Assembly: GCA_963666485.2 (NCBI GenBank)
Contig: CAXXUO010000009.1
Coordinates: 224,001 to 288,000 of the forward strand
DNA length: 64,000 nucleotides
Reading direction: 5' to 3'
Source: Syntrophorhabdaceae bacterium
GTDB taxonomy: Bacteria; Desulfobacterota; Syntrophorhabdia; Syntrophorhabdales; Syntrophorhabdaceae
How positions within the stretch are numbered: the first letter of the stretch is position 1; every line of letters starts with the position of its first letter. Below, in pieces: positions 41,401 through 50,323 of the stretch. The notes beneath the pieces were generated by a model. That model made no database searches, was not told the origin of the DNA, and worked only from the letters and a program-made list of their open reading frames with translations. The position numbers and the translations under genes are program-made.

Positions 41401-42940
41401 CCCGCGATGATGTCCATTCATATGCGGCGATCGAACCATCGGGATCCGTACCGTGGCCCGTGAATGTCACGTTCTGGCCCGTGACGGCCGGGTTTGGCGT
41501 GATGGAGTCTATGACTGCCTGAGGGGCCTGATTGGCCCCCTGCTCGACGACAAGGGATGACGTCACCGGTGTCGACCAGAGACCCAGGTTGTCCTTGACC
41601 CTGAACGATATTGTGTGGGTGCCCGCGCTCAATGTCGATATTGTGAACGTGACGGCAGTTCCTATGGTCCCGTCGATCGACGATGTCCATTCGTAAGCAG
41701 CGATCGAACCATCGGGATCCGTACCGTGGCCCGTGAATGTCACGTTCTGGCCCGTGACGGCCGGGTTTGGCGTGATGGAGTCTATGACTGCCTGAGGGGA
41801 CTGATTGGTCGATACCAGGGTAAACTTTACCGCGTCGGCGCAGGTGCTTATCGTATCGCCGTTTGCCGCGGTAATGGTCACGGAACCCGCACCGTTGAAA
41901 TAGAATGTCCCGAGACTGTTCCACTGCCCCGAATTCTGTTTCTGATTGACCGTCGTAGTGCTCGTTCCCCCCGTGTAATTGATCGCGACAGGGGCGCTGG
42001 AGGGCCGGCTGGAATACCCGGACCACCACATGAACACCTCATATGAGCCGGCAGGTTGGCCGTTCATTGCAAACGTGTACGTTGCACCGTTTCGCGACCA
42101 GAGGCTTGTCGAGCCATACGGGCTGGTGCCCCCGGACGCAGCCCAGGACCCGGTATACGATGTCCCGGTTTGACCGTTGTCGATGATAACCTCTACGGAC
42201 GGTGTCCCGACGACAAGCTGCATTGTCGCCGGGGGAGACCACATATCGGAGTTGTCTTTGACCCTGAAAGAGATAGTGTGTGTTCCGGAGCTCAGTGCCG
42301 CTGTCGAAAATGTGTCCGTGGTGCCGATCGTGCCGTTGATGGATGAGGTCCATTCGTACGCGGTCACGGTCCCGTCGGAGTCCGTGCCATGCCCGGCAAA
42401 TGTGACGTTCTCACCGACATCCGCGGGCGACGGCGTGATGGAATCTATGGCTGCCTGAGGGGCCTGATTGGTCGATACCAGGGTAAACTTCACCGCGTCC
42501 GCGCACGTGCTGATCGTGTCGCCGTTCGGTGCGGTGATGGTCACGGAGCCCGTGCCGTTGAAGTAGAATGTCCCGAGGCTGTTCCACTTTCCCGCATTCT
42601 GTTTCTGGTTGACCGTCGTATTGCTCGTCCCCCCCGTGTAATTGATCGCGACAGGGGCGCTGGAGGGCCGGCTGGAATACCCGGACCACCACATGAACAC
42701 CTCATACGTGCCGGCTGGCTGGCCGCTCATTGCAAACGTGTACGTTGCACCGTTTCTCGACCAGAGGCTTGTCGAGCCATACGGGCTGGTGCCCCCGGAC
42801 AACGCCCAAGAGCCCGTGTAACTCGTTCCGGAACCCCCATTGTCAATTATGACGTCGGCCGCTGAGACCGGTGCCGCAATGAACAGTGTAAAGAGAAAAA
42901 AGATAAACAACAGACCGTACTTCTTCGACACATTGATCAT
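38414..42940 (-). CDS. Large secreted protein (1508 aa), paralog of 34367-38311
   Basis: GAGGTG RBS; signal peptide ending VSA; same golvesin-like/PKD repeats and the same core (GHSNFGLG, DGVQYGQAYPNWLP, YSRMFY.SCNSC). Confidence 0.9.
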   Translation of the reverse strand: MINVSKKYGLLFIFFLFTLFIAAPVSAADVIIDNGGSGTSYTGSWALSGGTSPYGSTSLWSRNGATYTFAMSGQPAGTYEVFMWWSGYSSRPSSAPVAINYTGGTSNTTVNQKQNAGKWNSLGTFYFNGTGSVTITAPNGDTISTCADAVKFTLVSTNQAPQAAIDSITPSPADVGENVTFAGHGTDSDGTVTAYEWTSSINGTIGTTDTFSTAALSSGTHTISFRVKDNSDMWSPPATMQLVVGTPSVEVIIDNGQTGTSYTGSWAASGGTSPYGSTSLWSRNGATYTFAMNGQPAGSYEVFMWWSGYSSRPSSAPVAINYTGGTSTTTVNQKQNSGQWNSLGTFYFNGAGSVTITAANGDTISTCADAVKFTLVSTNQSPQAVIDSITPNPAVTGQNVTFTGHGTDPDGSIAAYEWTSSIDGTIGTAVTFTISTLSAGTHTISFRVKDNLGLWSTPVTSSLVVEQGANQAPQAVIDSITPNPAVTGQNVTFTGHGTDPDGSIAAYEWTSSRDGAIGTAATFAISTLSAGTHTISFRVKDNLGLWSTPVTSSLVVEQGPNTPPTAAIDSITPNPAVTGQTVTFTGHGTDADGSIAAYQWSSSIDGIIGTTASFSSTALSAGTHTITFSVMDNGDAWSAAVTSSLTIGNVMPSEAIIDNTDTRTSRTGSWSTSAASGYYGTNSLWSRDGATFTWRFTPAATGFYEVFMWWTTTSTRSSAIPVSIAHSGGTQTATINQLQNGGRWNSLGTYEFIAGTTYNVTITSQANPTSTCADAVKFSPAVLSAPTADFSAAVTWGTKPITIQFTDQSLGVIKAWAWNFGDGGTSTDQNPSHTYTSPGIYTVSLTVSNDAGQNTKTRTDYVHVDTTGEHIYLCDGYASDALFIPNAKTLLKGMGGNVSGDVWTYTNATTGKTFYLHTVKDAAAMTAAIKTEGAHVIFNGHSNFGLGATFATGDEVYTQEITAIRYINDDRFTNFSSDMVSVKIDGVQYGQAYPNWLPVYKDGTSGIMPYTFSQGLPPYNYYLTYKVSGDPTIYKIELEDGKTIQRFPDSATPAWFSTTGAKPDPALNPEYFIVNNDADYNRCDFVGTWPFESVPNGGYMGADGYLGYNYQYHAAGTGTNTATWTLVVTYPGLYATLASWKANAANASNAKYTVNHAAGSAVVEVDQRVSNFVNTLGVYYFNPGVYTIRLSDNANGRVIADAVVLSAVDNPQKIFQAEFDADVLAGASPLAVQFTDYSGYYNMADTTASITQWRWNFGDGGTSTTQHPVHTYSSPGVYTVSLTVTDSTGATDTETKTGLIAVGQSAPLRANFTSSSRMGSDRTVVTFADQSSGSITNWLWDFGDGATSTEQNPTHTYTVPGTYTVSLTVTGPGGSSTETETDFVNNIIGLIYADNTAHHRPHFYSRITGSPITFGKVILDARPVKIPDEDMKYSRMFYGSCNSCSYYGGTFQRGIFYCTTGDSDSYTALNYLEYYLKGYTDDQILSVVNSVQPIHHILDFTRKPPSMR
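41277..42797. repeat. Several near-identical intragenic repeats (domain duplications)
   Basis: Approximately 41277-41359 matches 41550-41632; 41427-41525 matches 41700-41798; 41947-42137 matches 42607-42797 (bounds approximate). Confidence 0.8.
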
Positions 42941-43060
42941 GGATTCACCTCTTTTTTGACGCGATCAGTCAGGTAACCTTTATCTGCCCGAACGGGCATG
43001 TGCAGTACATATCTTTCAGGCAGCAACTGCCTTTCCCAACCGTGTTCAACTCCCTATTTT

Positions 43061-44362
43061 TCACGAAAAATACCGATTTTCGTACTGGTGTAATGCCCGC
43101 GACATTATCGACCTGTGCTTGCCGGTCGATCCTCTGTCGAGGGCCTCAACTTCGATAACATCGACATGAATGGAACCGTTGACGACCCTTTTGATCTTCG
43201 CATCTATCTCATCCTTTAACTTCCGGAAATCGACCGCCCCCTCGGGCACGATGCTTATCATGAGATCTTTATTATCTTTCTGAACAACCCTGAACTCTTT
43301 TACCTCCGGTATGGTTTCTATCTGAAAGACTATCGTCTGGGGGTCCATAAGCTTGCCGGAGGGCATGACAAGAAAATCGTCGCACCTTCCAACAATAGCC
43401 TTGAGCACAGGGAAATGCCTTCCGCACGGACATTTTTCTGCTGACAGGGTCCCGACATCGCCTATCTCGTAACGGATATAGGGCATTGAATAATTGTTGA
43501 GGGAGGTCACGATGATCCTGCCGGGCTCTCCCGCGGGAAGCCTCCTGCCGTCCTGGTCAACTATCTCGAGGACGACATTGTCAGCCGCGACATGAAGGTT
43601 CTGCATCCTGCATTCGAAGGCGATGGCCGAGAACTCGAGGCACGAGTAATCGTCGTACACCTTGCATTGAAATATATCCTCGATGTATGCCCGTGCATAT
43701 GCGGTCAGCAGTTCGGAATTGGACATGAGAAACTTCAGGTTCAAGGCCCTGCCACGCTCGCTCCCCAGGGTTTTTGCCAGGAGGTAAAGCACCGACGGGT
43801 AGGCGTTGATGATCCGGGGCCTTATCTTGTCTATCTCCGATACCTGGCGCTCCGGTCCCCATTCGAGGGGAATAAAGGAGCGCCTGAACAGATTGACCTT
43901 CTGCAATGCAATACGGGTGACCGGGGGAGAGTAACGAACGTAGGCCATCTTGTCCCAGGGTTTGTAACCGATGTCGATGAGCTGCCTGAACTGCATGAGA
44001 CGGTAGAGCGCGGCCACATCATTATCAAGGACCACTTCGAGTTTCTTGCCCGACGACCCGGACGTCATCCGTGGTGAGCACCGGGCAGGATCGACCCCGC
44101 ACATGAGGATACCATCCGGGTAATTCGCAAGGACAATATCCTTGGTGAGGATGGGAACTCCCTCGAGATCGTCAAAAGACGAGATGCTGTCCGGGCGTAT
44201 TCCCGCCGAGTCGAAGAGCCTGCGGTAATACGGGACCCGCGCAAAGGCATGGGCGATGAGCTTTCTCAACGCCCTCTCCTGCATGGCGGTAACTTGATCG
44301 GATGCCTTCCACTGGTTGCGGTACACTGTCGGCCACTGCAAGAGGTGGTAGAGATAGCGCAT
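43061..44362 (-). CDS. Phenylacetate-CoA ligase family / CapK-like adenylate-forming enzyme
   Basis: VPYYRRLF, TSGSSG, AYPS, YSCLEF, MPYIRYEIGDVG, CPCGR, GRCDD. Confidence 0.9.
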   Translation of the reverse strand: MRYLYHLLQWPTVYRNQWKASDQVTAMQERALRKLIAHAFARVPYYRRLFDSAGIRPDSISSFDDLEGVPILTKDIVLANYPDGILMCGVDPARCSPRMTSGSSGKKLEVVLDNDVAALYRLMQFRQLIDIGYKPWDKMAYVRYSPPVTRIALQKVNLFRRSFIPLEWGPERQVSEIDKIRPRIINAYPSVLYLLAKTLGSERGRALNLKFLMSNSELLTAYARAYIEDIFQCKVYDDYSCLEFSAIAFECRMQNLHVAADNVVLEIVDQDGRRLPAGEPGRIIVTSLNNYSMPYIRYEIGDVGTLSAEKCPCGRHFPVLKAIVGRCDDFLVMPSGKLMDPQTIVFQIETIPEVKEFRVVQKDNKDLMISIVPEGAVDFRKLKDEIDAKIKRVVNGSIHVDVIEVEALDRGSTGKHRSIMSRALHQYENRYFS

Positions 44363-44366
44363 CCCT

Positions 44367-45098
44367 TCAAACCTTCCTGCAGATCGCCGAGAACCTGAAA
44401 TCCACCACTCCAAGACAACCCTTGATTACCTTCTTGAGTTCGCCCGACCGGCAGTATTTCCTCTTCTGGACCCTGTAATCTTCCGCCTGGGACCATGTTA
44501 CCCTGAACCCGCTCTTATCAAGCAACGACAGGACCGGGGACCGGGAGAAATTGAAAGGATGCCCCCTGTCTATCTCCATGCATTCCATGAGGTCCCTGAC
44601 GGCGGCCCCGAACCTGGTGTATATGTTGAGGCTCAAGAACATGACGCCTCCCGCCTCGAGGCTCCTGTGTATGCCGGAGAGGACGCCGCCGGGGTCCTTC
44701 ATGTGGTCGAGCACGTTGTCGAGAATGACGAGCGAAAATGTCCTCTCGAGGGAAAGGACGTCCTCACCCCTGCCGGTATGGCGCCTGACCGCCTCGTCCC
44801 TGACGCTCACAAAGTCAGCCTGAGAAGCGTAGTAGTCCTCGAGCGGGTCAAGGGCATAGCGTTCATCGGCATCGATATAGTTGACAAGGCCGACAGGCCC
44901 CGGCCCTATTTCAAGGACACTGACCGGGTCGTGTCCGTTGAGGAGCGGCCTGACCTGCATCCAGAGTCGACGGGCCCTGTCCTCGTACCACGCGAACTGC
45001 GGTCGCTCTCCCGCCTGTCCCGCTACCTGCCGCGACCAGAAACTCCTCTCGTATACCTGCGCCTTTTCCCATCTCATATCAGAAATGCTGCGCTGCAT
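44367..45098 (-). CDS. Class I SAM-dependent methyltransferase
   Basis: VLEIGPGP, LDPL, NVLDHMKDP. Confidence 0.85.
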   Translation of the reverse strand: MQRSISDMRWEKAQVYERSFWSRQVAGQAGERPQFAWYEDRARRLWMQVRPLLNGHDPVSVLEIGPGPVGLVNYIDADERYALDPLEDYYASQADFVSVRDEAVRRHTGRGEDVLSLERTFSLVILDNVLDHMKDPGGVLSGIHRSLEAGGVMFLSLNIYTRFGAAVRDLMECMEIDRGHPFNFSRSPVLSLLDKSGFRVTWSQAEDYRVQKRKYCRSGELKKVIKGCLGVVDFRFSAICRKV

Positions 45099-45109
45099 GT
45101 CTCCCTCTC

Positions 45110-46345
45110 TTACGCGCCTTCAACAGGCTGACCGGTTTCGGCGGACTGTTCGTACAAATACCGTATGGAAGCTGCGATGCCCAGCAGGAGATAGAGATTG
45201 ACGGAGTGCCCGTGGCTGAGCAGCAAGCCCCCGACCCAGAACCCGTAAAAGGACAATTCCACGAAGAAGGCAAGGCCGGACAGAGGGTTGCCCCGGTCCC
45301 TGCGTATTCTTCTCAGATGGACGATCGTGAAAATATTGAGGGCGAGGAAAACGATCAGGCCCGGAATGCCGGTTTCGACGGCGACCTGCAGGACAGAGGA
45401 ATGCGAGGTCAGCCATTTCTGCGTACCGCCTTCACCGGCACGAAACTGGCCGAGGGCTATTGTCGAACATCCTGCTCCCGCGCCCAGGACGGGATGTTCG
45501 GCAATGATCGACAGGTTCTGCTTCCAGATATTGATCCGACCGTTCGGATCGGTCAGGTTATAGTCCTGGCCGATGTTTTGAAACCGTCCTTCGACAGAGG
45601 AAAAGAAGTTGAGGAAAATAAATGCCAGCACGATGACAACAGCTATCTTCGCCCCTGACCGGACCCTGGGCGCACTTCTCATGAAAAAGGCAGCGATAAC
45701 GACGATCAGCGCCAGCACCCCTCCCCTGGACCGGCTCATCATGATCCCCGCCGCGGCAATACAGGCGGCAATGATTGCGAGGAGCCTCGCTTTCGCGCCG
45801 TGTCCGGCAAGCAGCACGTAAAGGCATACGGGGATGAAGGCGGCAAATACCATGGCTATGTCGTTCGGGTCATACATTGCGCTCGCATCAGCCCGGAAGC
45901 CCTGATATGCGACTGCTTCCACGATATAAAGAGAAGCCGAGAAAAGCACGCTGAGGACTATCACCGCCGCGGTTATATGAAACCTCCTCATAGACCGCAA
46001 CTGGATCATACAGACAAGGAAGTAGGCAATGGTTGCGGGCATGGTGGTGGCAAGAAACTTGAATGCCACGCCCCTGTGGACCGCAAACGGCATCCCCGCC
46101 AGCATGATGAGATACAAAAGAAGGACCAGGCGCACCTCGGGACGCCTGAACATCCCGCCCGGGACCTCGACCCTTTCAAAAAACATGACGATCAGGGTGA
46201 GAATACAGATCGACAGCACCGGCCTGAGTGCGGAAAGAGGGATCAGGTAATCCTGGGGCCTCGAAATGATGATAAACGTCCATATCAGGAAACAGATGAA
46301 GGACGGGCCGAGCCGTTCGGCCGGTCTATATGATTGCGTATCCAT
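45110..46345 (-). CDS. O-antigen ligase / Wzy-like polymerase
   Basis: Many TM helices; DPNDIA, SRSRGG, GRINIW, HPVLGAG, HSSVLQVAVETGIPG. Confidence 0.85.
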   Translation of the reverse strand: MDTQSYRPAERLGPSFICFLIWTFIIISRPQDYLIPLSALRPVLSICILTLIVMFFERVEVPGGMFRRPEVRLVLLLYLIMLAGMPFAVHRGVAFKFLATTMPATIAYFLVCMIQLRSMRRFHITAAVIVLSVLFSASLYIVEAVAYQGFRADASAMYDPNDIAMVFAAFIPVCLYVLLAGHGAKARLLAIIAACIAAAGIMMSRSRGGVLALIVVIAAFFMRSAPRVRSGAKIAVVIVLAFIFLNFFSSVEGRFQNIGQDYNLTDPNGRINIWKQNLSIIAEHPVLGAGAGCSTIALGQFRAGEGGTQKWLTSHSSVLQVAVETGIPGLIVFLALNIFTIVHLRRIRRDRGNPLSGLAFFVELSFYGFWVGGLLLSHGHSVNLYLLLGIAASIRYLYEQSAETGQPVEGA

Positions 46346-46371
46346 ATACAGATCTCCTTCCCAATCCCGTC

Positions 46372-47958
46372 TCAATCAGTTGAAGGCGTGGTTTTTTCAG
46401 AGCGTGAACGAGCAGAAACCGCTATCGTCTGGACAACCCCGGTCACTGATCGCACCGCTGATGTGACATCGTTCCATCTTTCGGTCCGTTCCTGTCGTGA
46501 AAGGCATATTTTCCATGAGCAGCAGGAATAGCAGATAAGGCTCACTGCCAGGACCACGATGAATTCTATCCAGCTGTCTATTTTGACTATTAGCGAACCA
46601 ACGTAAAGAAGCAGACCGAAAACCGTTGCCGGCGCCAGGGGAAGGAGGACACCTTTCGCGAAGAACCGGGCAAGAGACAATTTGAGCTGCCTGCACGCAT
46701 ACCAGGGTATAAATACCAGGTTCGCGCACACCATAGGTATAAGCATACCTATTGCAACGCCTGTTATTCCGTAACGTTTCACGAGAAATACGCTGATGGC
46801 GAGGTTCGCGGCGGCCTCAGCGACGGCAATATACGCCAGACTGCCATGCTTCGCAATTCCCTGCAGGGTCTGGGTCGATGCGTACTGTGTGACGTTGGCG
46901 GTTACAGCGATCGTCAGAATGATCAGTATGTGGTATCCGGCGGCGGCATACCGGGAGCCGACCCAGAGGCCCATGAATATGTCCCCGATAACCACGTAGG
47001 CAGCCGCTATGGGGAGTACCACCATCATGGAATATTTCGTCCCGTCGACCAGCACCCTCTTTACGGTCACCTCCCTGCCCTGGGCATTGAGATGGCTCAC
47101 GGCGGGCTGAAACACACCGGTCGACATGATCACAACGCGCAACTCGTCGACAAGGCGGAGCGGGATAGCGTAGATCGTGACAAAGGCAGCTGCAAGATAA
47201 TATCCGATGACCAGGTTGCCGATCGAGAAAATGAACTGTGTCGCGAGATGGTAAACGAAGAGAAGAATGCTGTACCGGCCCACACGTGCCAGCGCGTCAC
47301 GGCTGATGAGCGTGGCTTTGAGCCTGAGCCGCTGGTTGCCGCTGAACACATACGCGGCACGTATCGCTCCGGCGGCCAGCGTCGAGAACACGTGCGTGAC
47401 GGCGATAGCCACAAGCCTGTAACCCATTAAAACGAGCACCACTATGACAACGGTGCGTACGAAGAGGATCGCAAGTGATATCCCGGCAACGTGATCGTAA
47501 CGCTGCATCCCCCTCATGAATCCCGTAAAGAACCCGAAAGGAAGGGACAGACCGATCTGCAGGCCGATAATAGCCGTCACCCAGCGGGCTGACGTGAGCT
47601 CTTCCGCAGGTATCTTGAAATAGTGGACAAAATAAAGGGCCAACACGATGGCAATAAGGAATACGGCGCATCCGGCGGCCACATACACGTAAAAGGCACT
47701 GCTGCATATCCGGTTGAGCTCTTCGTTATCGCCTTTTGCCTTGAACTCGGCGACATATTTTACCACTGAGCCGCTGACCCCGAAATCAAAAAGCCCCAGG
47801 AACCCTGTGAAGCTCATGATAAGGACCCAGATACCATACTGGGTGTCCCCGAGATGCCTTATCAGGAAAGGCATCATCATGAACTGGACGATCGTGCCCA
47901 GGGCAAAAGCCCCCCAATTTGAAAGGATATTCCGCAAGATCTGGACCGACATACCCAT
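46372..47958 (-). CDS. wzx: Wzx-type oligosaccharide flippase
   Basis: PFLIRHLGDTQYGIW...LFDFG; polytopic MOP-family pattern. Confidence 0.88.
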   Translation of the reverse strand: MGMSVQILRNILSNWGAFALGTIVQFMMMPFLIRHLGDTQYGIWVLIMSFTGFLGLFDFGVSGSVVKYVAEFKAKGDNEELNRICSSAFYVYVAAGCAVFLIAIVLALYFVHYFKIPAEELTSARWVTAIIGLQIGLSLPFGFFTGFMRGMQRYDHVAGISLAILFVRTVVIVVLVLMGYRLVAIAVTHVFSTLAAGAIRAAYVFSGNQRLRLKATLISRDALARVGRYSILLFVYHLATQFIFSIGNLVIGYYLAAAFVTIYAIPLRLVDELRVVIMSTGVFQPAVSHLNAQGREVTVKRVLVDGTKYSMMVVLPIAAAYVVIGDIFMGLWVGSRYAAAGYHILIILTIAVTANVTQYASTQTLQGIAKHGSLAYIAVAEAAANLAISVFLVKRYGITGVAIGMLIPMVCANLVFIPWYACRQLKLSLARFFAKGVLLPLAPATVFGLLLYVGSLIVKIDSWIEFIVVLAVSLICYSCCSWKICLSRQERTERWNDVTSAVRSVTGVVQTIAVSARSRSEKTTPSTD

Positions 47959-47959
47959 C

Positions 47960-49099
47960 TTAATTGATCGGTGCACGGATTGCCGTTTTCGACCCGTTCA
48001 CGGAGAACAGGGACTCATACCGCGCAATCCATGTATCGAACCCGTGCTCCTTTATGACATATTCCCGGCCCCTGAGGGCAAGGTCCCGCGCAAGTTCCTC
48101 ATCGCCGATCATTCTCAGAAGAGCTTCCGACAGTTTTCCCGGGTCGTCGGAGGGAACGAGAAGACCGGTCTTACCGTGCTCCACGACCTCCTGTATGCCC
48201 GGCACATCCGTCCCGACCACAGGAAGCCCGGCAGACATGGCTTCAAGCAATGACAGCGGAAGGCCCTCGAAGAAGGAGCTTAGACAGTACATATCCATGA
48301 CCTTCATTATTTCGGGGACATCACTGCGGGCGCCGAGAAGGCAGGCGCTGTCCTGAAGGCCAAGGTCGTCGATGAGCGCTTTGAGCTCATGACCTCTCTT
48401 GCCTTCACCGACAATTATGAGTTTTGCGGCCGGTATGCGTGCGTGGACCATTTTAAAAGCGTTGATGAGATTCGGGTAGTTTTTCTGTTTACGCAGGTTC
48501 CCGACACACCCTATCACAAAGTCATCGCCGTCGAGCCCGATCTCTTTGCGTTTGGCCTCTTTGTCTACCGCCGTTGCAAATTTCCTGTGATTTACCGCAT
48601 TCGTGAGGGTCAAGACCTTGCTGCCCCCCACACCGAATTGATCTTTTATTGCATCCCCGATATCCGGTGAGATCCCGATGGCAGCACCCGAGAGGCGGAT
48701 CATCGCACCCCCCAGGAAAGACCAGAACCTGTTTATCGCAACTATCTCAGTCCTGGTGTGGGCAGTGTAAAACAATTTACAGCGGTGACGTCGTGCGCCG
48801 TAGAAACTGTAAAAGAACGGGGTGAAATGATGTGCGTTGACCACATGGATATTGTTGCGCCCGATGAGACCGGAGACCGTCCTCATTGTGCGCAGCGCAT
48901 CCTGTTTCGCTGACCGGATGGGTATCACGGTGGCAGGCACTCCCATTTCTTCGAATTCCCGGTGAAGAGCGCCATCGATAAAGGCAGCGACAGAACAGTT
49001 GAACTTATCCGGGTCGAGGTGCCCGCAAAGGTCCATAACAAGCCGCTCCGACCCGCCGGTACGCAGGGTCTGCAGAAAAAATAAAACATTGGTTTTCAT
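47960..49099 (-). CDS. Glycosyltransferase family 4
   Basis: GGSERL, VGNLRKQKN, EGLPLSLLEAM. Confidence 0.92.
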   Translation of the reverse strand: MKTNVLFFLQTLRTGGSERLVMDLCGHLDPDKFNCSVAAFIDGALHREFEEMGVPATVIPIRSAKQDALRTMRTVSGLIGRNNIHVVNAHHFTPFFYSFYGARRHRCKLFYTAHTRTEIVAINRFWSFLGGAMIRLSGAAIGISPDIGDAIKDQFGVGGSKVLTLTNAVNHRKFATAVDKEAKRKEIGLDGDDFVIGCVGNLRKQKNYPNLINAFKMVHARIPAAKLIIVGEGKRGHELKALIDDLGLQDSACLLGARSDVPEIMKVMDMYCLSSFFEGLPLSLLEAMSAGLPVVGTDVPGIQEVVEHGKTGLLVPSDDPGKLSEALLRMIGDEELARDLALRGREYVIKEHGFDTWIARYESLFSVNGSKTAIRAPIN

Positions 49100-49107
49100 A
49101 ATGAAGA

Positions 49108-49170
49108 GGGGTTATGGGTGATTGGTGATGAAGACATTTTCCCATTACCAATCACCTATTACCCATTACC
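49108..49170. repeat. Short inverted heptamer-repeat element inside the EPS operon
   Basis: gggttatgggtgattggtgatg ... cccattaccaatcacctattacccattacc. Confidence 0.7.
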
Positions 49171-49174
49171 TCCT

Positions 49175-50323
49175 TTATCTATTTGTTGCCCATGTCGTGA
49201 ATTTTTCTCCGCGAAAGAATTTGATCCAACCGACAAAAATAGCGAGATTCACCGAGAAGAACGTCTCGACGACCCGGGCGGGCCGGGCGATGATAGACAG
49301 GGGAACACCGAAAATGCCTGCGAGCCACACGCACAGGATGAAGGCCTGAGCACACAGGAAGGAAATGTAAAAGACGTCGGGTTCGACGGATGCGATATAA
49401 ACACTCGTGACGAAAAGGATGCCCAGGGCAAACGGTGCAACGAATTTCATAAGTTTATGGGAGACAAGTTGGAGCGAAAAGACCGGGTACCTGAAGGGGT
49501 TGAGAAGGTCACGGTGCGTGAATATTGCCCGCAATGTCCGCGCCGTGATCCGTACGTGGCGCCTGAACTCACCCCCGGCGCTCCCCGACGTTTCTTCAAT
49601 GCAGAATGCCTTATTTGCCAGGATGCCGCGATAGCCCTGCTGTATTATTTTCACGGGGATCACGAAGTCATTTATGTCGTAGTCCTTGAGCGGCCGGTAA
49701 AGTGTTTTGCGGATCGCGAAGATGGCGCCATCGGCCCCGACACAGGAACCTATTTTTCCTTCCAGGATCTTTGTCAGCCGCTCGATGCGTGTATAAATAC
49801 CGGCTGACGATATCTTTCCTTCACCTGACGCAGACACATATTCGGTCCGTCCGGTGACCCACCCGATCGCGCTGTCGGCAAATTTTTCCACGAGGAACCT
49901 GACGGCTTTCCGGTCATACTGTGAATTGGCGTCCGAAAAAACGATGATATCACCCGCCGCCTCGGGCACCGCCCTGTTGAGGCAGGCCGTTTTCCCGATG
50001 TGGCCTTCGTACCGTTTCAAGACAACGTTCTCACGGCTGAAGCCTTCAACAATACTGTCCGTCATATCGGTAGACCCGTCAGAAATGACAATGATTTCAA
50101 TGAGTCCCCGCGGATAATCGAGGGCAAGCGAGTTTTCTATTTTTTCAGCTATGACAGCCTCCTCGTTATATGCCGAGATAAGCAGGCTGACGCGGGGGAA
50201 CCGGCGCAACCTTCTTCTTTCGTGCAGGTTTCCGCTAAACAGTCCCAATGCCGCGAGCATGAGGGGATACCCGGCATACGCATACACAAGGGAAGCGAGC
50301 GCTATCCAGAAAAGGACTTTCAT
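49175..50323 (-). CDS. Glycosyltransferase family 2
   Basis: YAGYP, SAYNEE, SDGSTD, GKTACLN, FSDAN, GADGAIFAIR, SHKLMK. Confidence 0.92.
   Translation of the reverse strand: MKVLFWIALASLVYAYAGYPLMLAALGLFSGNLHERRRLRRFPRVSLLISAYNEEAVIAEKIENSLALDYPRGLIEIIVISDGSTDMTDSIVEGFSRENVVLKRYEGHIGKTACLNRAVPEAAGDIIVFSDANSQYDRKAVRFLVEKFADSAIGWVTGRTEYVSASGEGKISSAGIYTRIERLTKILEGKIGSCVGADGAIFAIRKTLYRPLKDYDINDFVIPVKIIQQGYRGILANKAFCIEETSGSAGGEFRRHVRITARTLRAIFTHRDLLNPFRYPVFSLQLVSHKLMKFVAPFALGILFVTSVYIASVEPDVFYISFLCAQAFILCVWLAGIFGVPLSIIARPARVVETFFSVNLAIFVGWIKFFRGEKFTTWATNR

Noticed and set aside
43022..43038. GG-N10-GC (GGGAAAGGCAGTTGCT, minus strand) upstream of the 1508-aa gene as a sigma-54 promoter
   Set aside because: Spacing and TTGC fit, but the -24 element lacks GCAC, so it is too weak to call.
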